Positions 29,079 to 38,257 of a DNA stretch of 64,000 bases are shown here, piece by piece. This DNA comes from a virus. How positions within the stretch are numbered: the stretch's first letter is position 1; each line of letters begins with the position of its first letter. The translations under genes were made by a program, and so were the position numbers. The notes under the pieces are model-generated. The model made no database searches. It was not told where the DNA came from and was given only the letters and a program-made list of their open reading frames with translations. The DNA is taken from the IMG/VR virus record IMGVR_UViG_3300042905_003904, positions 32,001-96,000 of that record. The stretch is one strand, 5' to 3'.

Positions 29079-29237
29079 ATGAATGAAATTATTACCCTAC
29101 AAGATATCAAAATGTTCCTAGAAGGCATCCTTAAAGATGAATTGTTTGCCGCGAATCCTGGGGTGTTTGCTTTATCTACCTTGCGTAGAATTCAAGAACA
29201 GGCCAAATACATCCTAGAAAATTGGAAAGATGAATGA
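29079..29237 (+). CDS. Small hypothetical protein (52 aa)
   Basis: MNEIITLQDIKMF...; follows a promoter and overlaps the next start. Confidence 0.5.
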   Translation: MNEIITLQDIKMFLEGILKDELFAANPGVFALSTLRRIQEQAKYILENWKDE

Positions 29238-29655
29238 CTTCTTTCCAACTCTAATACTTGGCCACTTTATTGGGGACTACCTCCTCCAAAATAAATGGAT
29301 GGCTATGAATAAATCCGGCAGCACCTGGAAATGTGCGGTTCATTGTCTGATTTATACCCTAGCGGTTACTTTAACCACCTGGTCGAGTATTCATTCTTGG
29401 TCCTGGTCTTTGTTTATATTTCTATCCCACTTTCCGATCGATCGTTGGAGTTTGGCTGATAAATGGTTGGACCTGATTAACGGTCGATCTTTGCGGGATT
29501 TTATAGTCAATGGAAAGAAGGATATTCCCACAGATTTAGACTACGAAAATTACCACACTTTGCGCGCCGGGTTTACCGCTTTAGTTTATGTGGCTGCCGA
29601 TAACACTATGCACTTAGTTACAATGTATTATGGAGGTAAACTTCTATGGGTATGA
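29230..29655 (+). CDS. DUF3307-like membrane protein
   Basis: GHFIGDYLLQ..WMA.NK, HCLIY, SHFPID, DNTMH. Confidence 0.75.
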   Translation: MNDFFPTLILGHFIGDYLLQNKWMAMNKSGSTWKCAVHCLIYTLAVTLTTWSSIHSWSWSLFIFLSHFPIDRWSLADKWLDLINGRSLRDFIVNGKKDIPTDLDYENYHTLRAGFTALVYVAADNTMHLVTMYYGGKLLWV

Positions 29656-29972
29656 GATTATTCAGAGGAGGCAGCTCAGCTTGCAAAAGCTTTCAGACAA
29701 ATCCAACATACGACCCACCAGAACCAGATCCTAAGAATTTTAGGGTCTTAGAAGAAATGGTTATTGGTGGACGAAGCATCCTATTGGTCTATTATCCAGG
29801 CTGCACTACTTTTGAGGGGAAGAAACTACTTCTGCTGAAGTTTAAGTGGAATAGTAATTCCAAGGAAATCCTAGACCCACATTTGTTAGGCGGAAAGCAT
29901 CCGGTAATTGCTCGATTCGAACCCAATGAACAAGGTTGGGCACTAGCAAAAGCCTGCGCAAGAATGTTGTAA
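29652..29972 (+). CDS. Hypothetical protein
   Basis: PDPKNF..YPGCTTFEG.K..LDPH..PVIARFEP..GW motif. Confidence 0.6.
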   Translation: MRLFRGGSSACKSFQTNPTYDPPEPDPKNFRVLEEMVIGGRSILLVYYPGCTTFEGKKLLLLKFKWNSNSKEILDPHLLGGKHPVIARFEPNEQGWALAKACARML

Positions 29973-29979
29973 ATTTCCC

Positions 29980-30007
29980 TAGACATTAGCAATAGTTGAT
30001 TTAAGAT
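29980..30007 (+). promoter_or_regulatory. sigma70-like promoter, leaderless
   Basis: TAGACA-16nt-TAAGAT, 6 nt before ATG 30014. Confidence 0.55.
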
Positions 30008-30013
30008 AGACAT

Positions 30014-30694
30014 ATGAGTAACAATCGCGGAGAAGTAATTGCGGCTGCTTCCTTAGCCAAACTAATGGCTGGGGAATTGCATCAAGTAGATCAAATGTCC
30101 ATAGATGGAAACCCAAGCAGACGGGCTAATCAAATTGATATGAATCGCTTTGTTGCGCCTTTAATTGGAAATCAGAGTAACCAACAGCCGCGGAATTTTG
30201 CCTATGTAGATGAAGCCTTGGTCCAGTCTATGGTTCCTGATAGCACGATAGGATCAAGACCAGCACCACCGGATTTGATTCCAATGCCATCTGGATACGA
30301 GAGTAAACCACAATTACCTCAAAGTGTTTTACAAGTTCCTTCCGAACATCCACTAGGACATACAAGGCAACTTCCACCTCAGCCAGCAAATCCAATTGCT
30401 TTGGGGGTTGGAATGGATGACGTCACTAAGGGTAACATTGCTAGTATTGCGAATAACCTAGTATTACTGCGAAAGGACTTTGCTAAGGTATTGGGTCCAT
30501 TGCTTTCGTTCCTGAAACAACATGAACCGACCATGTTAAATGAAACTAAGAGGGTAGATATCTCTAGTTTAACTCCACTGGTAGGAATGATAGATTCCTT
30601 TACAAGGGAGACTGTTCCTGATGGTAAAGGTGGATCTGCGGTAGTGGATTCTTATAAAGAACCCCAACAAGTTTCTAAAAAAAAAGGAAAGTAA
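30014..30694 (+). CDS. Hypothetical Pro/Gln-rich protein
   Basis: 226 aa ORF following a promoter. Confidence 0.6.
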   Translation: MSNNRGEVIAAASLAKLMAGELHQVDQMSIDGNPSRRANQIDMNRFVAPLIGNQSNQQPRNFAYVDEALVQSMVPDSTIGSRPAPPDLIPMPSGYESKPQLPQSVLQVPSEHPLGHTRQLPPQPANPIALGVGMDDVTKGNIASIANNLVLLRKDFAKVLGPLLSFLKQHEPTMLNETKRVDISSLTPLVGMIDSFTRETVPDGKGGSAVVDSYKEPQQVSKKKGK

Positions 30695-30697
30695 CAC

Positions 30698-31453
30698 ATG
30701 GCTCAACAAATTATCCCAGTTCCTAAGTCGATTTTGGAGAAAATCCTGACTCCTATCAATCGAATTACTGAAGGATGCGTTCTTAAATTAGACAAAACTC
30801 AAATTTATTCGATTTGCTCGTCTGCTGACAACACAGTGCTGCTCTATGCTCGCGCGGAATTACCAGCTACCATTGAGCCGTCCTTGCGTTTGAATCTAAA
30901 TTCCACTAAGAAGCTCCTTCTTGGGTTAGAATGCTTGGGATCTGATGGTATTTTCACTTTAAAATATGATGTAAATCATATCAAATGTGAAATGAAGCAG
31001 GAGGAAACCAACGAAAAGTCGCATTTTAAGTATCATTTGGTGGATGATTCCGTGTTAAGAGAGGCTCAAATTAACCTGGGAAAAATTGCCAAATTGGAAT
31101 TTCATACGGAATTTGTGCTCACTCCCGCGAAATTAAGACAGTTGGTGGCTGGATATTCCTTCGTTTCAGACCTAACTAAGATTTATTTTAGGACGGAAAG
31201 TGGGAAAGTCTATGCTGAAGTAGATGATAAAACTCTACAAAATGTGGACAATATTACCTTAGTGGCTTCCTCAGCTTATAAGGGGCAAGAATTAACCACG
31301 CCCCTTCCAGTGAATATGGAGGTTTTTAAGATTCTAACCTCCAGTAAAACGGATGTGACTGTAAAAATCAATAAAGATGTAAAGGTCTTAATTTTCCAGA
31401 GCAATGAAGATGGCGTGGAATTAAAATATATCATTTCAGCTTTGGTAAGATAA
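30698..31453 (+). CDS. gp45: DNA polymerase sliding clamp (T4 gp45-like)
   Basis: Two-domain alpha/beta repeat of about 250 aa, FKYHLVD, C-terminal LKYIISAL; replication-module context. Confidence 0.65.
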   Translation: MAQQIIPVPKSILEKILTPINRITEGCVLKLDKTQIYSICSSADNTVLLYARAELPATIEPSLRLNLNSTKKLLLGLECLGSDGIFTLKYDVNHIKCEMKQEETNEKSHFKYHLVDDSVLREAQINLGKIAKLEFHTEFVLTPAKLRQLVAGYSFVSDLTKIYFRTESGKVYAEVDDKTLQNVDNITLVASSAYKGQELTTPLPVNMEVFKILTSSKTDVTVKINKDVKVLIFQSNEDGVELKYIISALVR

Positions 31454-31462
31454 ATAATCCAT

Positions 31463-31774
31463 ATGGGCTCTAATAAAGTTACCACTTGTAGTTATTGCAT
31501 TAAAAGACTCAGAGATTGCGGTTATGTGGTGGACAGGCTGTTTGATCGATACCACGAATCTGATCCCCGGGCATGGACTATTATTCTAGACCCAGGAGTT
31601 GCTTCTGTTATTATTACTTTGGTGTCGGATCCCGAAGATGAATATTTTGAACTGAGTGATAGTGGTCGCTATATCCCAAACGGGTTCAAAATTAAAACCA
31701 GCTCTATTGAAGTGTTGGTGGAGTATCTGGTGAAATTTGGGATTAACAATAAATCAGCCACCTATCATGCCTAA
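31463..31774 (+). CDS. Hypothetical protein
   Basis: TAAATA at 31451-31456, 6 nt upstream; 103 aa. Confidence 0.65.
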   Translation: MGSNKVTTCSYCIKRLRDCGYVVDRLFDRYHESDPRAWTIILDPGVASVIITLVSDPEDEYFELSDSGRYIPNGFKIKTSSIEVLVEYLVKFGINNKSATYHA

Positions 31775-32186
31775 AAAGAAGCCAGCTAAAACTACGATGC
31801 CTCAGGCGTCTGCTTTGTCTTTAAATGATATTCAGAAGAAACTACCATTTACCAAACCAGAAAAGACTCTTAAACTATCCGCCGAGGAATTTAATGATCT
31901 GATTACTCAACAGGTTCAACTGCATTTAAATAAGGCCAAGCAAGAAGAAACCATTCAGCGGAATATTGAGTCCACGAAAGATTTAGAGAATTTGCACAAT
32001 TTACTGAAGGAGTATATGTGTAGCTTTATCGTGGTAGGATATTCAATGAACGACGAACGAGTTTTAATTCAAAATTCTAGCACCCAGAAGGACAAAGACG
32101 CCTTAATGGAATTATTGAAGAATATATTCTTAACCCTGCAGCAAAATAATGGTGAAATGCCAACTGCTAATGAGGAGGAAAATTAA
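31767..32186 (+). CDS. Hypothetical protein (probable start 31767)
   Basis: MPKKKPAK...EYMCSFIVVGY. Confidence 0.6.
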   Translation: MPKKKPAKTTMPQASALSLNDIQKKLPFTKPEKTLKLSAEEFNDLITQQVQLHLNKAKQEETIQRNIESTKDLENLHNLLKEYMCSFIVVGYSMNDERVLIQNSSTQKDKDALMELLKNIFLTLQQNNGEMPTANEEEN

Positions 32187-32887
32187 TGGCAATTCCAGAT
32201 CAGTGTCCTCCACAAAATACCTTATTTAACACCCACCCAAGTCTTTCTAGTTTTGCGTGTGATATTCTAAAGCTATTAGGACTACCTAATGTTAACCCGG
32301 TAATTCAACAACCCGGGGTATTTGATTATAGTAAGTATACCACCGTTTTAGAACAATTATCCAGCCACGGAGATCCTCGATGGAGTATGGGGACAATGTT
32401 TACCGATCTATTAGATAATGTATTCCCCCATATAGCAGTTCAAACCGAACTATTACAGGCTGGAGGATGTCAGATTATTGATCAATTTATTTGTGATAGT
32501 AACGGACGGCCTATTAAAACTACTTCTAGTAGCTGTTCGGGAGTGCCATTAACTATTGATAATGCCTATATCCAGAATTATATTCAAACGCAATTTCAGG
32601 CAGCTAAGACATCAGCAGCCGATCAGTTTATTGAATATATCAGAAGCACCTATATCAACCAACAATGGACTGTGGGAGCTTATATGTTATCCATACAAGG
32701 AATTGCTGGAAATATATTTTATTTGGCGGCAGTTAAAGACGGCAAAACGGAATATATAAAGTATTATCCAGATCAAGCAGTTTATGTTGCTGCTCAACTA
32801 AACATATATCTCACCAATATTGATAGTGCTGAAGTAAAGGATAATAACCTATATAAGGTTTTATCTCGGCCTATTATCAAATATTAG
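32186..32887 (+). CDS. Hypothetical protein
   Basis: 233 aa, TAATG coupled, converges on gp5. Confidence 0.6.
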   Translation: MAIPDQCPPQNTLFNTHPSLSSFACDILKLLGLPNVNPVIQQPGVFDYSKYTTVLEQLSSHGDPRWSMGTMFTDLLDNVFPHIAVQTELLQAGGCQIIDQFICDSNGRPIKTTSSSCSGVPLTIDNAYIQNYIQTQFQAAKTSAADQFIEYIRSTYINQQWTVGAYMLSIQGIAGNIFYLAAVKDGKTEYIKYYPDQAVYVAAQLNIYLTNIDSAEVKDNNLYKVLSRPIIKY

Positions 32888-35800
32888 CAATTAGATCCAA
32901 CAGACGGGGTTAGTATTGGTTTCCCTGTGTTGTCTGTGGTTCCTGTGGTATTGGAAGTCGTGGTCGAGAACGTATTGATGATTCCACCACCATCAGATCC
33001 ACAAAGCCCGCAGCTTCCGTGGCTCCTAGGTCCCGGAGTAGATGAATCTCCAATATGTCTTGCGGGCGTTGGTATAATATTATTCTGACAACGCTCTTGA
33101 GCCCAAGAGCCTAAATCATTAGTATAGGATCCTTTGGGTATAGTTGATTCATGAGTATGATCTTGTGGACTTAGCCCGTGGGTGTGAACATAGTTAAAGA
33201 CAGTTCCAATCCCGGCATCTGTTATACAAATACCTGTTGGTATTATTTCTAATATTGTAGATAGAACGGATTGATTATAGGTAGCTAGGGCCAGGTGTGT
33301 GGCTCCTGAAATAGTAGCTAAATACCCAACTTCAGCGTAGTGGGTAACTTGGTTGGTAGCTAAATTATTACCATAAGCAGACGATGCGGCTGCTGACCAT
33401 TGAGCGGCATTAGTAACACTATCAGGGCCTGATGATACTGTTGTTTTTGTTCTCATGCTCGGCATTGCAAGAAAGGGAACAGATAATTCGCCGTCTAGGG
33501 TTAGTCCTCCTTTAACAGCCATATCAGCATCCACACTTAAAGAACCAGCCACTCGGCTACGTTTTGCATTAATCAAAAAACCACCAGTTCCATCAGAATC
33601 ATCTACATCTATATGAACACCTTTGCCTTTAACTACTGTAGTATATTTGGAGGCCAGAATTAAATCACTGTGACAGGCTGTAATTTCTAGATCCCCCGCA
33701 TTAATCTTTATTTTACCCCCCGTATTAAACTCCATTCCAGGGGTTCCAGCTATAAACTGAATTTTATTCACAGCTTTATACACTAGATTACCACCAGGAA
33801 TCATAGGCACATCATTATGGGCAACGGCATCAAATCCATCAGCCTTATTAATTAATACAGTTGGTGTTTTATCAGCAGGGGCTGAATGATATGAATTGGA
33901 ATTTTTTCCAATATAGGCATAAGGATTCGCAGAATTGACGGCGCCGATACCAGCCCCAAAATACATGTCTTTAGGGGTTTGGATTATATGAGTTCCACCC
34001 ATTCCCAATTTACTTTCCAGTTCTTGGATGTCGCTTTGTTGATCTTGGTATTGTTGGGCTGCTATTTTATTAGCTTCTGCAATAGCTCTGGATGGTTCTG
34101 GAATCTGACCGTTATGACACAGGGGATTACCACAGGTTCCTCCGTTTAAAACATAAGCACTGTGAGTGCTTGGTAGGATCACTTCAGCAGCGGTTCCAAT
34201 GAAATCAAGAACATCAAGAGCAAACGAGAAATATGGAGGAATAATCTTACGAACAAATCCTAAAATAGAAGAGACACAGCTATCTTGCGACAGATAGTTA
34301 GCATTACACACAGGACAGCAGATGGTATCGCCATGAACAGCATGTTTAGAGATATAGTCAATCTTGTCTTGATGAATTTTATTCAGTCTACCTTGTAATT
34401 GATTCGTTGCTTCGATTTCAGGGGTGCCTTGTTCGCCAATAAAACTATAGTGGTCCCCCATATTAACCGTATTAGACGTGCCATTAACAAAGTTCTCAGA
34501 ATTTCCGCGAACGGTAGTATAACTATTACCACCTATTTTACGAGTTTCGTTTCCTGGGTTGTTATGATATTGGCCGTCAGAAGTAAAGGATATTCTATTT
34601 CCGTTTTTGTCATACATTGATGTATGACCCCAATCACTAGCAATCTTAGAAAACTTTTGTTTGACCAATTGCATTACCATACGCAATCCCCCTTGCTTAG
34701 AATCTATGGTATTATTTTGGGCTATCTGAGTATCCGTGTCTTCATTTAGGTTAGATGGACTATTAATTTCCTGAATATTTTGATAGGATACTGGATCTGG
34801 TTGCTGAGCAAAATAAACCGGCTGCTGGGCGTCGCCGCCATGAAAAAATACCCAAACTTTGGCACCTGGTTTAGGCACAGATACCATTCCAGTGCCTCCC
34901 GAGAACATAGGTGCCGATAACATACTACCAGCAGACGGATTAATATTGCGAACTAGTTTAGGGTCTTCTGAAGATGTTTGCACCCCCGAAAGTGGTGGTA
35001 GTTCTGAGAGTGTGGTTTCTGTTCCTAGTTTGGGTAGGGGGGCTGATACCTGCCCTGTGCTGGTGGTTTGTCCGATGTCAGCTACAGATACAGCCTGAGA
35101 ACTGCCACCTAATGTAGATGGGGAACTTACAACATTAACATCCAAGGATTGGCCTAATTTTACCCTAATGGATGGCGGATAATTTCCAGACCATATTTGG
35201 CGAAAAACCTCTCCATCAGATGTATTAAGTTTACCACTTAATCCCACACCGCGAGCCACACTACCTTTCCATATGCTTTTCGAATTCGCAGCAGCCTCAA
35301 ATCTGCCCGCCAATATATTATTTAAAAACTCTTTATACGGACCGTTTTGTCCTGACTTTAAAATATATTCATAAACAGCCTTTGTCTGCATATGAATATC
35401 ATATTTGCCCCCAGAACCACCGCCATTTAATGCTTGAGCTAATTGGGGATCCATCCCATAATCAATAGCACGTTGAACATCCGCTCCGTTAGTCTGATAA
35501 TAACCATAATCCCCGAACAAGGACCTAGCTTCTGCTAATGTCATGGGGTTTATTCTTTTATTATTACGTGGATCAATACCTCGCATCGCAGATGCGACGT
35601 TATCATTATTGGTTTTACTATTGCCGGTTGCTGAATTATATACTTCAGAATAGGCCTCTTTACTCGAAAATCCGGTTTCCTCATAACCAATACTAATAAC
35701 AAACCGCAACAAGTTTTCTTGGGGTGAATTTTTGGATTGATTATTAAGAGGTTCTGTGTTTCTAGTATTAGACGCCAATGCAGACTGGGGATCAGTATTA

Positions 35801-36108
35801 ACTACTTTGCTGGCTGGATTATAAACTGCAGATGTTCCACCGCCCCAAATAGGCATAGCGCCTTCTGCCCACGGTAATATCCTTTTAAGACGCTCTAAGA
35901 TGACATCAGGCAAGCCACCCTGTTCTTCCCCCATACCCTTAATTATAGGGTCTTTAATCTTTTCGTTATCTTGGGAGTATACCTCATTCCAACCCTGAAA
36001 CAAAGTAGTGGAGATATGTGGAATAAATACTTGCACTCTGCCTCTGTTTTCGGGATCATTGTCATTAATAACAAGTCCTAAATGATTTCCGTAATATTTT
36101 TCAGTCAT
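32884..36108 (-). CDS. gp5: Baseplate central spike (gp5/VgrG-like) with inserted lysozyme-like domain
   Basis: OB-fold GLVINDNDPENRGRVQV..LPWA and VPKPGAKVWVFFHGGD.QQPVY; beta-helix repeats; C-terminal HTH..HTH metal-binding tip. Confidence 0.85.
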   Translation of the reverse strand: MTEKYYGNHLGLVINDNDPENRGRVQVFIPHISTTLFQGWNEVYSQDNEKIKDPIIKGMGEEQGGLPDVILERLKRILPWAEGAMPIWGGGTSAVYNPASKVVNTDPQSALASNTRNTEPLNNQSKNSPQENLLRFVISIGYEETGFSSKEAYSEVYNSATGNSKTNNDNVASAMRGIDPRNNKRINPMTLAEARSLFGDYGYYQTNGADVQRAIDYGMDPQLAQALNGGGSGGKYDIHMQTKAVYEYILKSGQNGPYKEFLNNILAGRFEAAANSKSIWKGSVARGVGLSGKLNTSDGEVFRQIWSGNYPPSIRVKLGQSLDVNVVSSPSTLGGSSQAVSVADIGQTTSTGQVSAPLPKLGTETTLSELPPLSGVQTSSEDPKLVRNINPSAGSMLSAPMFSGGTGMVSVPKPGAKVWVFFHGGDAQQPVYFAQQPDPVSYQNIQEINSPSNLNEDTDTQIAQNNTIDSKQGGLRMVMQLVKQKFSKIASDWGHTSMYDKNGNRISFTSDGQYHNNPGNETRKIGGNSYTTVRGNSENFVNGTSNTVNMGDHYSFIGEQGTPEIEATNQLQGRLNKIHQDKIDYISKHAVHGDTICCPVCNANYLSQDSCVSSILGFVRKIIPPYFSFALDVLDFIGTAAEVILPSTHSAYVLNGGTCGNPLCHNGQIPEPSRAIAEANKIAAQQYQDQQSDIQELESKLGMGGTHIIQTPKDMYFGAGIGAVNSANPYAYIGKNSNSYHSAPADKTPTVLINKADGFDAVAHNDVPMIPGGNLVYKAVNKIQFIAGTPGMEFNTGGKIKINAGDLEITACHSDLILASKYTTVVKGKGVHIDVDDSDGTGGFLINAKRSRVAGSLSVDADMAVKGGLTLDGELSVPFLAMPSMRTKTTVSSGPDSVTNAAQWSAAASSAYGNNLATNQVTHYAEVGYLATISGATHLALATYNQSVLSTILEIIPTGICITDAGIGTVFNYVHTHGLSPQDHTHESTIPKGSYTNDLGSWAQERCQNNIIPTPARHIGDSSTPGPRSHGSCGLCGSDGGGIINTFSTTTSNTTGTTDNTGKPILTPSVGSNC

Positions 36109-36123
36109 AAATTAAACAATAGA

Positions 36124-37365
36124 TCAGACTTCGTAATTACTAGTAGATACTACACCTTCTAGCTTTTCTCCATAAGCATTAGTTGACACTGGATCCCCGG
36201 TGCCTGATTGGTAGTATTCGCCTGGGTCACTCTGCTTTACAACCATGGACATTTCTCTTAATAAATCTGCATTAGCCACCATATTATAGGCGCCCACATA
36301 AGATGCATTATTAGCATAGTTAAGTTTTACTTGACCTATAAATTTACCCTGCAAATTTTGCATAACATAATTAGACGCCATATTCCTTATGGAATTACCC
36401 AAGAATGCTTTAGGATTAGATACAAATTGCTGAGTTAATTCTAATATATTTCGCACATCAACAGGCAATAAGGACCATAAATCAGGAACCGCCAGCACAG
36501 AGGAGTATTTGCCAATATGCTGATTCAACATTCCCTGTATATTGGTAATGGAAAGGATTTGTGAAAATGTTGAAGTATAAGAAGCAATGTCTTTAACGAA
36601 GAATTGTAATACCTGTAAGAACAGACACATTAAATCTGGTGGAATGATTTGTTCTATAAGATTATTGATATACTGTTGAAGCCTACTCATTAATCCATTA
36701 ATATATGCTATAAAAAGTCTCACTGCTTCTATAGCGCCCCTGTAGATATCCATTAACAAGTTCTCTAATGCACCGCATAAAGCATTTACATCACTTAACA
36801 ACAGCGCAATTTTTTCTACGCTTCCGAAGGAGGTCTTCGGAGCAGCCAAATAAGCATCCGTTTTAATTTTCTTGAGATATTTGTTAACATCTTCAAAGTA
36901 ATTGTGTTTTACTTTCTGCAAGGCATTGCGTATAAGTGGTGGAATATGTTCCATTTCCCCGGACATCGGATTAGCTGCCTGGTTTTGCGGAGTCAATCCA
37001 GAGGAACCACCAACCCCATCACCAGCCTGCTTAAAAAATCCATTTTTTCCTGCGGGCGTCTCAATTTGCAGATTTTGAAGGCCTGGACTGGTGGATGGTA
37101 ACAAATGGATCTTTTTAATAAATTCCTGATCTATTAAAACATCAGAACACTTTTTAAACCCATCTGGCAAAACAATATGAATATTGGTTCCTAATGATTG
37201 TGCACCATAAACCAAAACATATAAGGCAGCAGTATAATAACTAAAAACTCGTTCCCCCATTTGTTGTCTCAATAAAGTCAATTCGTTATTGGTTAAATTA
37301 GATTGGTTTTCTAATTCTAACATGTTAACAGTAACTGTAGAAATTTGTTGAGAATTATTTGTCAT
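36124..37365 (-). CDS. Hypothetical virion-module protein (helical)
   Basis: 413 aa in the structural block; TAAATA at 37390-37395 (-). Confidence 0.6.
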   Translation of the reverse strand: MTNNSQQISTVTVNMLELENQSNLTNNELTLLRQQMGERVFSYYTAALYVLVYGAQSLGTNIHIVLPDGFKKCSDVLIDQEFIKKIHLLPSTSPGLQNLQIETPAGKNGFFKQAGDGVGGSSGLTPQNQAANPMSGEMEHIPPLIRNALQKVKHNYFEDVNKYLKKIKTDAYLAAPKTSFGSVEKIALLLSDVNALCGALENLLMDIYRGAIEAVRLFIAYINGLMSRLQQYINNLIEQIIPPDLMCLFLQVLQFFVKDIASYTSTFSQILSITNIQGMLNQHIGKYSSVLAVPDLWSLLPVDVRNILELTQQFVSNPKAFLGNSIRNMASNYVMQNLQGKFIGQVKLNYANNASYVGAYNMVANADLLREMSMVVKQSDPGEYYQSGTGDPVSTNAYGEKLEGVVSTSNYEV

Positions 37366-37394
37366 GATTTAAAATTAGTAGACTTAAACTATTT

Positions 37395-38003
37395 ATGGAA
37401 CGAACTCTTGATATCCCGAGAACTATTGGCATTTGCGGCGCAGCCGGCTGTGGTAAGGACACTCTTTGCAATGCATTAATAACGATTATCGGCAGCCAAC
37501 TAGCCAAAAGATTCTCTATTGCGGGGGATAAAATCCGAGAAGATTTAAGACCTTTAATACACCAATCTATGTTCTGGGATATCACCGAACTAGACAGACA
37601 TCAAAAGGAAACCGTAAGACCTTTAATGGTAGAATATGGACGAATGATGCGTAATACTACTTTAGGACGATATTTTATAACCCACCTTGAAAATAACCCC
37701 ACATTTCAAGATACTTCTATTCGCATTATACCGGATATCCGCTATGATGAATTCCAATATGACGAAAGACATTGGTTAAAGGAAGAACAAAAGGGATTTT
37801 TGATCTATGTGGATAGAAAGAATACCCCTCCAGCCAACAAATACGAAGAAAAAAACCTGCAAAACTTACGGTTATGGGCTGACCATGTAGTTTACTGGGA
37901 TACTCTGGAAAATATCGAACAAGATGCTTTACTGGTGGCTAACCAGATTATTAATAACCACTTTACCACAAACCGTTCGGACACCGCTCTGCCTGCAAGG
38001 TAA
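37395..38003 (+). CDS. Deoxynucleoside monophosphate kinase (T4 gp1-like)
   Basis: IGICGAAGCGKDT, RPLMVEYG..MR, IIPDIRY..E. Confidence 0.8.
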   Translation: MERTLDIPRTIGICGAAGCGKDTLCNALITIIGSQLAKRFSIAGDKIREDLRPLIHQSMFWDITELDRHQKETVRPLMVEYGRMMRNTTLGRYFITHLENNPTFQDTSIRIIPDIRYDEFQYDERHWLKEEQKGFLIYVDRKNTPPANKYEEKNLQNLRLWADHVVYWDTLENIEQDALLVANQIINNHFTTNRSDTALPAR

Positions 38004-38256
38004 CTTTAACCTTTAAATAACAGCCGCATATAGAGCACCGACTTTTATCAGCAATATATAACGGACATGCTTTACAAATAGACAAACGCCTGATGGTTTC
38101 TTCAGATTCGCACCGCAGATTTCCACCAGCCATTACTTGTTTGATATTATTAATCACAGACTGCCCCACATTTTTAATTTGAGTGGATACTGGGGGTAAT
38201 GACGGACCTGTATTTTGATTTTCTAGTATTCTAGATTTAAGGTAGTCTCGATTCAT
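37963..38256 (-). CDS. Cys-rich Zn-binding hypothetical protein
   Basis: RLSICKACP..RCSICGC..CP.GLW. Confidence 0.7.
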   Translation of the reverse strand: MNRDYLKSRILENQNTGPSLPPVSTQIKNVGQSVINNIKQVMAGGNLRCESEETIRRLSICKACPLYIADKSRCSICGCYLKVKVTLQAERCPNGLW

Positions 38257-38257
38257 A

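Noticed and set aside
30677-30700. A9 run and in-frame TAA-CAC-ATG suggesting frameshift or readthrough into the sliding clamp
   Set aside because: Explained by Lys codons at an ordinary gene end; no stimulatory structure seen
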